A stretch of 64,000 nucleotides of DNA from Bugula neritina (GCA_964035545.1 OZ037766.1:28503673-28567672), one strand, 5' to 3'; positions 14,165 through 27,819 are shown, counted from the first letter of the stretch. Notes: generated by a model not told the origin, from the letters alone. Program-made: numbers and translations.

Positions 14165-14505
14165 GGGGGTGAGCTGGGAGTAGTAGGGCCAGAATGATGT
14201 GAAAGAGAAGAATATGGTGGTGGAGCACTGAATCTATCTTTCTCTATATTGTCTTGCCTTCCCTTCTCAGTAGGATACGGTGCTGATGGTGTCATACCTG
14301 TATGTGGTGTAGAGCCAAATGCTTGAAAAGCACCTGCTACCTGTGGAGCACCTGCTACCTGTGAGTTATAGGGAGCTCCCATGGCAGGTGACACTCCAGT
14401 GGGGTAATGATTAGCGTGTGGTGGAGGGTAAGAAGATTCTGGATTATAAAAGTTTGATGGTGGTGGTGGCTCATAATCACTGGTCTTAGGATGGACACAC
14501 CCCAT
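12885..14505 (-). CDS. Pro/Tyr/Gly-rich protein (~252 aa) with MGC N-terminus, PSAP/PPxY motifs and C-terminal Gly-zipper. Exons 14505-14163, 13835-13485, 12949-12885
   Basis: Two phase-1 GT-AG introns join MGCVHPKTSDYEPPPPS...TPSAPYP...SAPPPYS..., GYGQPSMSYHQQ...PPGYNYPPQGY..., and GAAGGFLAGALAGDLLDIDIF*. Confidence 0.85.
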
Positions 14506-17072
14506 AGTTGAATCTTTGTTGTTAGTATTCAGTTTTACACACTTTACTGAAATATTAAAACATATTATAATTACATGTAACTTTCTAGCTATGTTAAAAT
14601 ACTTCATGCATAGTGAGAAACTAGTAATAATATAATTTAATCACTGTGAATTGGTTTAAAACCAATTAACCAATCAGAACTGATGGGAAGTGTGAGTTAG
14701 CCGAGTTTTAGTGGGAAACCTTTTTAATTAGAATAGAACGAAGTAGCTTAAAATCACTCACATTTTGTTGTATGTGCAGGATTTTTTTTTCAATTTTTCT
14801 TTCATTTCAAACAGAAACAGCAGTGTATATATTAGCACAAACATACCCACAACATTCTTTTAGAATATATCTCGGACTTAACTTAGGTTTGGGTCATCCA
14901 TATTTTTTTATTTAGCTAAACATTAAGTGTAACAATGAGGACATAAGGACATTATGGAAAGCTAAACATTATATAATTCATAATATTGTGTTTGAAAGTG
15001 GATGGTAAGAACTGTTATTAATATCACCCTAAGAAATATAAGGTACCTGCATGTCGCAGAAAGCGAAAAACTCCTAAACTGCTGATTGTTGAAAATAGTG
15101 AGGATTCATAGACTTGAAGTATACAAACAAAGTTTTGAAGTACTACTAAATAGTTCAATATAAAATAGATATTAATTGCAGTTAATTTGTTGAAAGTTGA
15201 TTAGAATTCAGTTTTTGTACAACCTTTTTACACTAGGTGTTTTCGTTAGTAAAGTACAAATATCAACTTATTTTATAAAAATAAAAAATACACCAGTTGT
15301 CTTACAAATTAGTACTCGCATACATTTAGCAACTATGAATTACTTTATTAATGTAACTTGTGTATAATGAATTGCATTTCACAGTAACATTTATCGTGTA
15401 GATTGTTTTGTTTATAGCAGGCTAAGTTGCAGTTGTTAGAAGTCCAAGGTTCAATTTTCTTTGGTGCAGAAGTTTTTATGGCTTTGGTTCAAATGCCAGT
15501 TAAAATTCTGCTACGTAAGTGCATTCAAAATTGGTTTTGCTTTACTTCGTTCTTGCAATGTAAAGTATTCACAAGACAGTAACCAAGGTTGTTTTATGGT
15601 TTATAATTAAGTAAAAAATATTTCATTTTATATTATATACAGTGTATTTTAATAGAAATATTAAAATTTCGCAAAAGGTCACAATCTAAGCAACTGAAAC
15701 TTAATAAATCACAGTCACAGATGCAACAAAATTTGCATCACATTTTGAAAATAAAATCATTCAACAATAGAATATCATTTTGATAGGCATGTTATAAATA
15801 AAAACACAATTCATTGTAATAAAACAATAATTGTTTAGCGAGAAGTCAAGGCAACCACACCGGAATCAACTGGGTGATACAGACTTGATTTATATAATAT
15901 AATATAAATACCTATAGATATAAATAGATAAATCACAATAATTATATATATATAATAGGAAGACAACTACCAAAAACCAAATCAATCATTGGATAATATT
16001 ATATATAAGATAATATCAAAAGAAAAAACAAATACAACCTGATTAATGCCTATAAGAAGTCATTGAGCTCATTTTTGATTTGTGAAATAATTTGTGCCAG
16101 TAATATAATTTGTAATTAGATAAATCAGAATAATTTACTCACGGATAAAGTTTCACAACTGCCAACTAAACATTTCTCATTTATTACTTTTGCTATTGCG
16201 TATAAAAAGTAGGAACACATTACTGTTCAAACTGTGGTAACTCAAAGCAAAAATAAAATGGTTAGGCTAAACTCATGGTGTGTAAAATACTCGTGAATAT
16301 CAAAAGAGAATTACAATATAGAACCATGTGCCATATTTTCCATACTTTTCCGTATGCAAAATGTTACATATTCTAGTATTACGTTAAGAAATACTATCGT
16401 CATTGTTAAAATAGAAACAATTAAAATCAGCAATAAAACCAAACAAATCACGAACCCGTAATATTAGAACTTGTTATAGAACGTGATAGGAGTATAAATA
16501 AAACATCTGAACTGAACATTGAAGAAATCCTGCTGCAACATTATCCTGGAAATAAAAAGATGGAATATCTTTTAAATATTATATAAAATAAAAGTTGCGC
16601 CATTTTGTTAGTTCAGAAAATAAATCGTATCTCTGTTATTCAAGCTAATGTGTTAAAAGGAAATAATAAAGTGAGATGAAAGCTATGAAACATTTAAGCC
16701 AGAGCACTGTTTGCTTACAGCTAGGCTCAAATATTAGCTAAACAATTAATGGCAAACAGATAATGGTTACACAATACCATTCTATTGTACTGAAGATAAC
16801 CATTGGGGGCAATCTACTTATTATAGATTACTGCACGAGCTTCCAAAATAAAGTGAAAGCTCAATTATTGCTAAAAAATTTTGAAAGACATTTCGATGTG
16901 TTGTCATAAACTTATACTAAATATGGAAATGCAGCAAATCTACAGGTAGAACAAGGATAACGTGATAATAGACCAAGGATGTGAGGACAGACGTAACTTG
17001 AGTCAAGGTGTTGACAATCTTCAGACAGGAAGAGTTTAGAGAATAAAGTAACTCTACCTGAAACAGGAAATG

Positions 17073-20000
17073 CTAAATGATGGATCCAGAACTTTGCGTG
17101 TCATTTGTTTCATCATTAGACTGGTCCATCTCTCCTAAAAGCAGTAAAAGTATGTTTCACTTTAAACTCTATGATACAACTAACAGCTGCAGACTAATAT
17201 TATACGGCATCATTCATATTAGCTACAGAACAGAGCTCTACTAGTGTATTCAGCTGGTTTAGGTAAGGAAGGGCAACTCCAATTAAATTTAAGCAACAGA
17301 GAAAATATTTATCAGAGCAAATTCTTTAAAGTGAAGCTGACTTTACATACTGCGGGCTAGAATGATTATGAAAATCTGAAGCTATGCACTGGTAGCTCAA
17401 ATCTTTTTAAGATTAAAAGAAGATGTTAGCCTTAGTTCCTAGACTAAAACAACTGAGAAAATATCTGACTGTTTATTATCGATGCTCTAGCCAAGCATTG
17501 TTGTAATTGCTGCACATTACAGCAGACGCTGCTTAGCTTGGCAGGTATTTATGTCGGCAGCAAGAATACTTACCATCAGGTGTGTATATCACACCAGTCT
17601 CCAATGAGTCATCAAACATAACATTCTCCCCTTCAGCACCTGGAGAGAGATAGAGATAATAAAGCAGCTGTAACACTGCATACTTCTATCATAAAAATGA
17701 TAGATACTATAATACTACCACACTACGTACTACTGACTACATACTACCACACTACGTACTACTGACTACATACTACTACACTACCACACTACGTACTACT
17801 GACTACATACTACTACACTACCACACTACGTACTACTGACTACATGCTACTACACTACCACACTACATACTACTGACTACACGCTACTATACTACCACAC
17901 TACATACTACTGACTACATACTACTATACTACCACACTACATACTACTGACTACACGCTACTATACTACCACACTATGTACTACTGACTACATACTACTA
18001 TACTACCACACTATGTACTACTGACTACACGCTACTACACTACCACACTACATACTACTGACTACATACTACTATACTACCACACTACATACTACTGACT
18101 ACATACTACTATACTACCACACTATGTACTACTGACTACATACTACTACACTACCACACCACATACTACTGACTACATACTACTATACTACCACACTATG
18201 TACTACTGACTACATACTACTATACTACCACACTATGTACTACTGACTACATACTACTACACTACCACACCACATACTACTACACTACCACACTACATAC
18301 TACTGACTACACGCTACTACACTACCACACTACATATTATCACACTACATACATAATTGTTTATAGCAGCAGCAAGTAAATCAATTAAAATATTACAGCA
18401 GATGCTGCTTAGCTTGGCAGGTATTTATGTCGGCAGCAAGAATACTTACCATCAGGTGCGTATATCCCATCAGTCTCCATTGAGTTATCAAACATAACAT
18501 TCTCCCCTTCAGCACCTGGAGATAGATAGAAATAATCAGGCAGATGTAACACCACATACTTCTATCGTAAAAATGCTTTTGACTAAAGACAAATTACAAA
18601 AAGTACATTTTTTAACAGAATAACATTTTGGTTAGCTAAAAAACGACTGGATCTCTTATGGGTCATTTTACTTAATTTCGTAGACACTGGAAATCTCCAG
18701 TTTTTAGCTATTTTTTACAAATTAGCTGCCAATGAACATGGGTTTTTGCCCAAAACTAGTAAAATATGAATGAACACACCTAAATAATCAAGGTTCTTAA
18801 TTTTGCTTGATTTCCCATGTTTTTTCCTAATTATTTAGCTACTTTTGATTTCTGAGAGTTATGGTTTTTTCATAACACTCTGCGATAAAAAGTAGCTGAA
18901 TAATTAGGAAAAAACATGGGAAATCAAGCAAAATTAAGAACCTTGAATATTTAGGTGTATGCATTCATATTTTACTAGTTTCTGGCAAAATCCCTTGTTC
19001 ATTAGCAGCTAATTTGTAAAAAATAGCTAAAAAACTAGAGATTTCCAGTGTGTACTAAATAAAATAAGTAAAATGAACCTTATCCATACTAACCTATGAT
19101 AAATTGACAATACCAACTATAAGATGTCTAGTCATCACTGTCTATAAGAAACAGGATTTTGGTTTTCTATGTTGTGGAAAATATACTACAATCTAGGTCA
19201 AGACATGTCAGTAGAAAACATTATGTTTCTTTTGCCTTCATGTCCTTAATCTAAATCATTACTCGAGCCTCGTATATTTTACTTAAAACTTTTTAAAAGT
19301 TTTTTTTTAAAATTGACTTAATTTAAAATGCTTAGAATAACCATACTGGTTCTTATAGTTTTGGTACTAAATCACCAAACATAAAACTTCAAAGTGAAAA
19401 TCGATTGTCAACGGCTCTTACTGGAAGGAAAGTTGAAGTTCGGCTCGTCAGCTTCCAGAGAACTTTGGTTAACTTCTTCAACTTCTGAAAGGAAATGCAA
19501 TAAATAAGTCATAACACAAAAATTTACTTAATAAACTACTACACTATTCCACAACATACTATCACACTAGTGACTACATACTATCACACTACACACTGTG
19601 ACACTACATATTATCATACTGCACATCAAAAATAAAATAAATGGAGAACAAAATAATTTCAGGAAAGATACATTCTGTTGCCAAAATGAGTTGAAACTTC
19701 AGGATTGACTCTCTAACTAGTGGTAGTGGGGAGATGAAAGACCTGTGACATCCAAACCCCAATAAATGCTCGAGAAGTGAGAAATAGGAAGATAGTAGAG
19801 TGAGAAATGTTTGGTAAGGTTGGTCATGCATATGCATCAGAGTTCAACAGAATAAATAGAGCCGAGGCTACAAGTAAAGAAGCAGAGAGTTGAAGAGAGA
19901 AAACCTTGAGCTACAAGAGCTAACTAAGCCTTGAAATAGAGGAGGATTTCAAAGTAAGACCTTGACATTAAAACATAAGTCATCACCATGACAACTGCAA

Positions 20001-23000
20001 GATCAACTTTGGCCTAGACAAGAATTCAAAATGTTAAAATAATACTCTATGACATTTTTTCAACTTCTATGGCAATGATGGTTTGGGTTTGCACTAGAAG
20101 GAAAGTTTGTCAAATAAATTATAATTCAGTGATTTTGAAATAATAAAGAGAAATGTGCACCACAATTAACTTTTATAGCTGACAAGACACCCAGCTGACA
20201 CTAGTGATGGGAGTTGGTGTTACAGGATGTTATCAGTTCCTACCATGTGACTCAACAACTGGTTAACTTAACACATAACTGAAATAGAAACTAGCACAGT
20301 CACTTTGATGGTTTTAGAACTACATATTTAGCGCAAGAGAAAATGCGACTGATATTAAACAGAGGCCTTTTCAAATGCAAGAGCTGGCAACTCTAAATGA
20401 AATAAAAAATTCCCGCTGACTTATAAAAAATTTCAAAAGTAATAAATTTTAATGGGGGGGGGGGGGGGGGGGGGGTTAATGTGCCATTGAGTGAACTTTC
20501 AAATTACAACACAGCATTTTATTCAATTATGAGGCTGTTTTTCACAGTGCTAGGCAAATATAGCTCATGGTAACACTTCACATGACTGAACAATATGTAC
20601 ACACCTAGGAATAAGCTCATTGGGTGTGTAGATGATTCATTTCCTATTAAAGCTCATTCTAGTGAGAAGCATAATAAGCTGCCACATGTGAATAAATAAA
20701 TAAATGCCGAACCAAAAACTACACATCAAACCTTAATCTACATTTCTGCAACTAGAATCAGTAAACAGCAACAAATACCTAACCTTCAGTGGAAGGTTGG
20801 GTAGTAGTCCCAATCAAAGCCTTGTCCCTATCCTTTACCGTTTTCAAAATTGAAGTAGAGTTATTACTTTGTGAGTCTACAAAATAAAAAAAGACAAATA
20901 CATAAAAAGATTAAATTCTAATAAATTAATTCTATGCATAAAACTTTGGTAGGCCCAAGTTTCACATGAAAGATTGAGCAATATTTTAAAAACATAATCT
21001 AATAAAATTAACTTTAAAGATATTTATTCTTTTAATATTACCTTATTCAAATTTCTTTATTAAATCTCCCTCAAATATAACGGTGCATAAATATAAATGA
21101 ATACATGCACGTATTCCGTATAATAGTAAATAAACAATTGTCTCATTAGCTGAAGTAGTCAACTTACTATTAGCTTCCACGGGGGTAGGAATCCATTCAC
21201 AATTAACAGATGAGAAAGAGTCACTAGCGTGGAGACTAGTCTCACTCTGGCAGGAAAGACGACTCATAGACCTGTGCAGTTTTACTTTGGCATCTTCAAC
21301 TCTCTGCTTGATGTCAGCACAGGAAGGGCGGCCATTAAAATCCACTGACAGCATTTCCTTAATCAACTTACACTCAGCTGAGTTATTATCATAGTAAGTC
21401 TTTCCCGGAGAGACGATTCGTTTCTGAAGATCCGTTTCCGCATGTTGTGTAGAACATCCGTACTGTAGTTTATAGAATATCATGTATAGGATATATGTAC
21501 TGTAGTTTATAGAATATCATGTATAGGGCATTAGTACTGCAGTTTAAAGAATACTATAAATGTCATAAACATTTTTTACTAAATTACATAATAAATTAGC
21601 AAAGATGGGACACACATTACAAAATGTAATATGGTTTGTGAAGTTTCCAGAAGTAAATAATTAACTACAAAGGTATTCCAAATTACTCTTTAGTAACTAT
21701 ACCTGTTCTCCGATCAGACCCCAGACCCTATCTTTATCGCCAACTTTTCTGGCATCCGCTATTTCTCGGATATGATGCCAAGGTCGTTCTAGGGTCAAAA
21801 CCCGGTAAAAAAGAAGACCGAGGCAATAGACATCAGAGTTAGGCTCAGCCGTTTGGTAGCCATTCAATAAAATCTAAATAAAATGTTAAAACAAACGCAG
21901 ATGTCGTTATATACTATATGACTACAAAGATTGAATACAATATGTACAAATTGCTATTTCAAAATTTAAAAAATGAAACTAATCAAAATGTAAGATCTGT
22001 TTTTACACAGATAATATCATTTATTGAAAATTATTTTCTAGCTTACAATTATAAAAGTGCAATATGCAATAAATTGAAATAAATTTCTGAAACATAGAAA
22101 GTTGTGTACACTCTATTTTAAAGAGAATTTTTCCATGCTAGCAACAAACAGACTTGAGCACAACTTTTCACATAACCAGACTTGAAGTCTTAACATTAGG
22201 CATACATAACATAAAAACAATTAGTTAAATGCCAAAAGATATAGTATTATAGTTTAAGTGATACCTTACATAATATATCTAAAACATAGATAAACGTCTA
22301 TTAAATCATAATGCTCATATTAAACTCATGTTTAGTACCTCTGGAGCCATATACTCTGGTGTGCCTGCACCACAACAGTGAACCATCTCTTCCTCGTCTT
22401 TTTCAGTGAAAAAAAATGCAGACCCAAAGTCAATAAACATCAACTTCATGGAGACACTAAGATAAAACATGCACACAATTTTTACCAGTACCTAAAGTAT
22501 ATAGTGTCATTTAAGGTGAGTGACTAATATTAAAGTGAGTGACTAATATCAAAGTGAGTCAAACATATCAAAGTGAGTGACTAATACCAAGGTAAGTCAC
22601 TAATATCAAAGTGAGTCACTAATATCAAAGTGAGTCACTTATATCAAAGTGAGTAACTAATATTAAAGTGAGTCACTAATATCACGATGAGTCACTAATA
22701 CCATGGTGAGTGAGTCTGTGCAATCAATTTGTGAAAATATCTAACTTTCACTATAAGGCAATTTCTCATTTTTTTAAACTAAAAAATTTCAAGAGTGTAA
22801 CGCTATCCAATGAAAACATGAAAAAATATTTATTCAAAACAAAGCCTATGAGTTACTTGCATCTCATTACTTATCAACATGTTTGTAGTGGCTACAGATT
22901 ACCATCAAACTACATCCTTCAGTTTTGAAAGATTTTTACCGCTACTTACATCAGCTCTGAAATTAATTTTAAAAAATTGTGAAAAAGAAGTCAACAAACC

Positions 23001-26000
23001 TGTTAAACAGAATGTTGTGGGGCTTAATATCACAATGAACAATCCCTTGATCCTGGAGAAACTGAACAGTGTCTGCGGATTCTAGCATTATAGCATGTAG
23101 TAGACTTGACGCAAAGGGTTGATTCTCTCGAAAATGCATGTCTATAGTTGACGAGAGATTCTTACCTGAAAGTTGAGGACATAAAAAACAATGCATAGAG
23201 TTGTTGTACGTCAAAGTACAACACTGAGTCATGAACTTTATACTGTGTTTATATTTTAATATGAAAAAGCAGACACCCTGCACAGATAGTATATTAAGTA
23301 CAATGCTACATGTTCAAAATTGATACCTTTGAGGTCCTTTATTTTTCAGCATTAAAAAGCCAGGTACAGAAAAATCAAAAAATTCAACTTGTAAACAATT
23401 TCAGCCTTTAATATTATCCTTTTTTCATCAAAAGTTCGCAAATGTTATAACACAAATGATTAAGATCTCAATATATCATTGTATACTTCAAATCATGCTG
23501 ATAATTTTCACAATTTCCACCCTCAACCATGTCTAAATGACAAAAGATAACGAAACATTGACATAATTGTTTAGAAAGTATATTCTAGGGAGATCTGTGA
23601 ATTTTCAACATAGGAGAACTGGTATTTCAGTTTAACAAGGCTTTCTTTCATGTATGTCAATTATAGACAAACAACTGTATTGCTTCTAATACATACAACA
23701 GTAAACATTTTAAAAAGAAATTTAGAATAAGTATGGCCTCCCAAAGACAATAAGGTTTTTAAAGAGATGCTACTTAACAGGCTATTGAAAGATGTTTCAT
23801 GTGTCAACAGGCAATACCAACAAGATAGAAGTTACTGAGGTTGTAGATATCAGTAAACACTCAACACACACAACATGTAACAGGCGTATGATATTTTGGA
23901 CAGCGAACAATAAAGGAGATGTGATTTACCTTTGCATCATGCTAAAATAAAATATTATCTAAAATCTCAAAAAATATTGATTTAGGATTTATTTAGCAGG
24001 TTGGCTTCAAAATAAAATATCACCAACGTAGAGCTAATAAAATTGCAAGAAGCAATGTTAATCTTATCTTTATAATAAGAAAATTAAAGTTCCAGTGAAG
24101 TTTATACAAATCATTGCTACTTTTAATGTTGAGAGAAAAAGTTGTTGAACCAACCTTTAAAGTATTCCAAGCCAAGGAACACCTCCCTGTTGTCCAATGA
24201 GGTGCAGCAGAACTGAAAATTAACGATATTCTTGTGTCCACCACGCGCCTGAATGCATTTGAGAATAGAAGCTTCCCTGAAAAGACTTTCAACATTATTT
24301 ACCCTTTCCTCTTCCTTCGCCTCATCACTACAAGACCTCCATAGCAATTTTCTAAGAGCCTATGAAATGATACCAATAATGCATTTTAAGGTTTTCTTAA
24401 CGCCTGGCACTTTTTATTGCTAGAAGACATGAAACTTACTCTTTATGCCCAACACGATGAAGTTATTAGCGCCGTAAAACTAGATTTCAAAATATAGTCA
24501 TCCTTTACTTTTGCACAACACTTTTTTGTTTTTCTACATCATAAAATTGATTATGAGCATGCGCATATTTTGATGTTCGCTCTCTAATCGTACTAAAACA
24601 CTGCTCTGTTTGGGAGTGTTTTTTTGTTGTAAATTGAGTATGTTAGGAAAAGCAGATTGGAAGATTTAACCGAGTTAAAGTGAGCCAACACAATTGTCAG
24701 TCATTTTCATTTACAAACTATTATAGAAAAATTTGATTATTTTTGAGCATAAGTATTAAAGAACTGAAACTTCATTTTCATTGACATCAACAGCATCAAC
24801 AGCAATCCTAATTTAAAGATAACACGCATCCTAGCAAAAATGCGGCGGTTCCATTCAGATTTTAGCTAGCTGGAAAATGGCTGTTGAATGAAGACTCTAA
24901 TTAGCAGAAATATGGCCGTTCTACATAAACTATAACTAATCGTTTTTTTAAAGAATCGGAATAACAATAGATAAAATATTTGAAGTTGGCAAAAATTTTA
25001 GTAAATGATAAACCAAATTTACTCTGTAGATTATAAATTTCAAAAATATATTCACATAATAACTATACTTTGAAAACATCATATTCTAAATCTGATGAAA
25101 CATGTTAGAAGCCACTGAGAATATTCTTGCTAGCGATAAACTAGCAAACAAATAGCACTTCCTTACCACTTTCACACATAAGTTGGGCAGTGGTGTTTTA
25201 GTGCTTTCAAGTCTAGCAAGGTAAACGGCGCCAAAACCCCCACGGTCCAGTGCGTCTTTTATGAATATTGTGCCTGTATGCTTTGGGATAACCTAAAAGG
25301 AGTCAGAAAAATAATTAGGGTAAAGAAAAGAAAATTATAAATATTATAATGATATGAATGAAATTCATTCTTAGAAGGTTGTTAAAAATTCAGGAAAATA
25401 AATATATTATTTATTTAGCCTATCACAAGATAGCATCTTGAAAATTGTTTGTGTTCTAAATGCAAGCAAGACAATAGATCGAATAATGAACAAGTATTTA
25501 AGAATGCTACTAGCTTGGAACCACAATAAAACAAACATTTAGTGTAAAAACAAACCTTAAAAATATTTTGCGTAAAGTAATAAAACCATGTTTTAATACG
25601 TATTCCATAAAATTCGTCCAAATAATCAATACACCCTTTGTAAATTCTAAAAAGTATATTTCATAGTGTGTATAGCTATTGATAACAGAAATCCTTCTGT
25701 TTCAACTGAATATGCAGGTCTGGTACTCAGTTAACCTGATGAGTCATCAACAACAGCACATCACCAGCTAGTTTACTAGATAAATGTGATGACTGATTCT
25801 CAGTGTTGCTTCACCTTCTAGAATGTTCTTGTGGGTTTTAGTCATGAAGCAATGTAAACTTTATAACATGATATTTGCATTAAGTTGTTTGGACTCCAAG
25901 TGTGTGTAGCATAGATAAAGAAATGGAGTGAGTAGTGTATAGACTTTACTAACATATTCCTCTGTGCAGTCCACTTCTCGACTGTCGGTACTCAAAGGCA

Positions 26001-27154
26001 CAGTTTCAATACACTCAGAGATTCCATCTTCATCATTTACCGCTTCACCTGGACTGTTTGCACTGGCTGATGTTGGGTCCAGTGCTATCTGATATACTAT
26101 ATTAACATCCTCCTAGAAATTATAAACCATAAAAACGCTCTTAAAACTTTTGCGTTGCTTATATACATATCCTAAATAGGTAACCTTTCATTTGCATAAA
26201 ATACTGACAATCACTCCATTTGAATATGTTTTGTCTTCAGCAAGTATAAAAAAGCTAATGCAAGTTTACAGTCACCATCCCTGTAAAAAAACCCCTGATA
26301 GAAAGAGGTTTTCTTATTCAGATGGGGCACAGGAGCAATTATGACTGGATGCTCTTCCTAACATCACCAATGGCCTTTATCTTACCCAAGACCATGGCTG
26401 CTCCCTTGTCTTCAGCAGGTATGTGATTCAGAAAGCCCCCATTAAATTTTTCAATTTATATAAGATTCCTGATACAACTAGTGGTAGTTGCTAGTTATAA
26501 AGTTTGCCTTATTAGCACAAAGACTCAAGAAAACGTATCATGTAGTGGCTGCATCATGGCACCCCATCACCTCCAGGTACAGTAGAAAAACTAACTGTAA
26601 ATACCAAAGCCCAAAAAAATTAATAGTACTTATTGCAACGTTTTTTTAAACCATCAACATAATTTCAATTTATTTTTTAAGATTTGTAACTAAAAGGCGG
26701 AAGCAATGAATTTGTTAGATCAAGTATGTAGCTAAAAGTCTTGTGTCCATAACTATGTAACACAAACTGTAGAATCTAAACCTATTTGACTGTAAAAATA
26801 AAAGGTAAGTGAAAACAGTGAATAATGTAATTCGGAAACGTCCACCTGATCGTTGACATATTTTGGTTCCCTGGAATTTCTCAGCTCTGTGATGAGAGGG
26901 TAGAAATCCCGATCTCTCAGCTGATCTTCTTGTTGGCTTTCCACTTGCTGAAAACAGAGCAGCCAATACATATAGACTATAGGTCACGCTTTAACTCGAC
27001 GGTTTCATAAAAAATACTAAAAAAAGAGAAAATATTTCAAATATATCCAATACAAAAGTAGCTTACAAACGCTGTTGCAGCCTAATTCAAAATGGCACAA
27101 AACAATTTCAAGAGGTTTATTCAAGGTGTTAAAAACTAGAAAAGCATTTACCAT
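17073..27154 (-). CDS. Divergent Ser/Thr protein kinase, non-RD (~545 aa). Exons 27154-27152, 26947-26846, 26088-25954, 25292-25167, 24359-24155, 23165-23000, 22456-22339, 21873-21703, 21462-21201, 20876-20784, 19484-19422, 18515-18450, 17639-17574, 17134-17073
   Basis: Motifs LDRGGFGAVY, CVKV, FREASIL, HKNIVNF, HCDIKPHNIL, IDFGSA, GTPEYMAPE, SDVYCLG and RPSCADI occur in order across phase-compatible GT-AG exons. The N- and C-terminal exons are less certain than the kinase core. Confidence 0.88.
17710..18350. repeat. 37-bp minisatellite (ccacactacgtactactgactacatactactacacta), ~17 copies
   Basis: Period of 37 seen directly; unit built from 7-8 bp subunits ending in acta; lies between the two duplicated kinase exons. 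Confidence 0.95.
18661..19079. mobile_element. Foldback/MITE-like palindromic element (~420 bp)
   Basis: Left arm ggtcattttactta...gagagttatg is the reverse complement of right arm cataacactc...taagtaaaatgaacc, with a very short loop near 18867. A similar terminus (gggtcattttactgtatttagtacac) occurs at ~4095. Confidence 0.85.
22513..22716. repeat. 19-bp minisatellite (aaagtgagtcactaatatc), ~10 copies, in kinase intron
   Basis: Period of 19 seen directly; five units contain TGAGTCA. Confidence 0.9.
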
Positions 27155-27819
27155 GCTAAGACGAGACTTCCATCGGCACAAACTAAAAAACTGGATGTTC
27201 CATTTATTATGAAGACAGCAACATGACCTGAATAAATAGAAATAAACAAATTTATAGAGAGCTCCACAAACAAATCCAGCAGTTATGAAATCAGTATCAA
27301 TGAATCGAAATAAATGTTAAAGCTTAAAAGATGAAATACATATTTACACGATGGTTATAAAATAACCATTTACATTTACCAATTTAAATAAATTCTATAG
27401 ATCAAGATCCATGGTCATAACAAGTTGAATGTAGTTGAGGAACAGCTTACAGTGATAATGTAGGTGCCAATACTGACAAATATAACAGTATGGAATACTA
27501 ACTCAGTAATTTAGTTATCATCATTGTGATAATCACAATGATATTAACAATAGTACTAACAGTGGTACATGCAGTTGATGTGGTACTGACATACACATTG
27601 AAATTGGCTTTAGGCTTGGCAGTGGTAGTGGCAGCAGACTGTAGAGTAGTATTAACACTAACAGTACAAATACTACTGCTAGTAATCACTAACTCTAAGT
27701 ATTACTATTAGTAATAGTATTAGTATAAGCAGTTTAACTTTAACACTAAGACTAAAAGTAATTTTAACACTAACAATAACTATAGGATTAAAAATTAGAC
27801 TGCAATACTAATACTAATA

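Noticed and set aside
17710-18350. Regular array considered as CRISPR-like
   Set aside because: Head-to-tail units with no unique spacers, eukaryotic intron, no cas genes.
20453-20475. Poly-G run of ~23 nt as a regulatory G-quadruplex
   Set aside because: Isolated homopolymer with no supporting context; length may be unreliable.
25736-25760. CTGATGA hammerhead-like cores (also ~29725)
   Set aside because: No stem II followed by GAAA and no closing helices.
26340-26420. Possible SINE fragment (ggatgctcttcctaacatcaccaatggcc)
   Set aside because: Too short and single-copy in this window to support a call.
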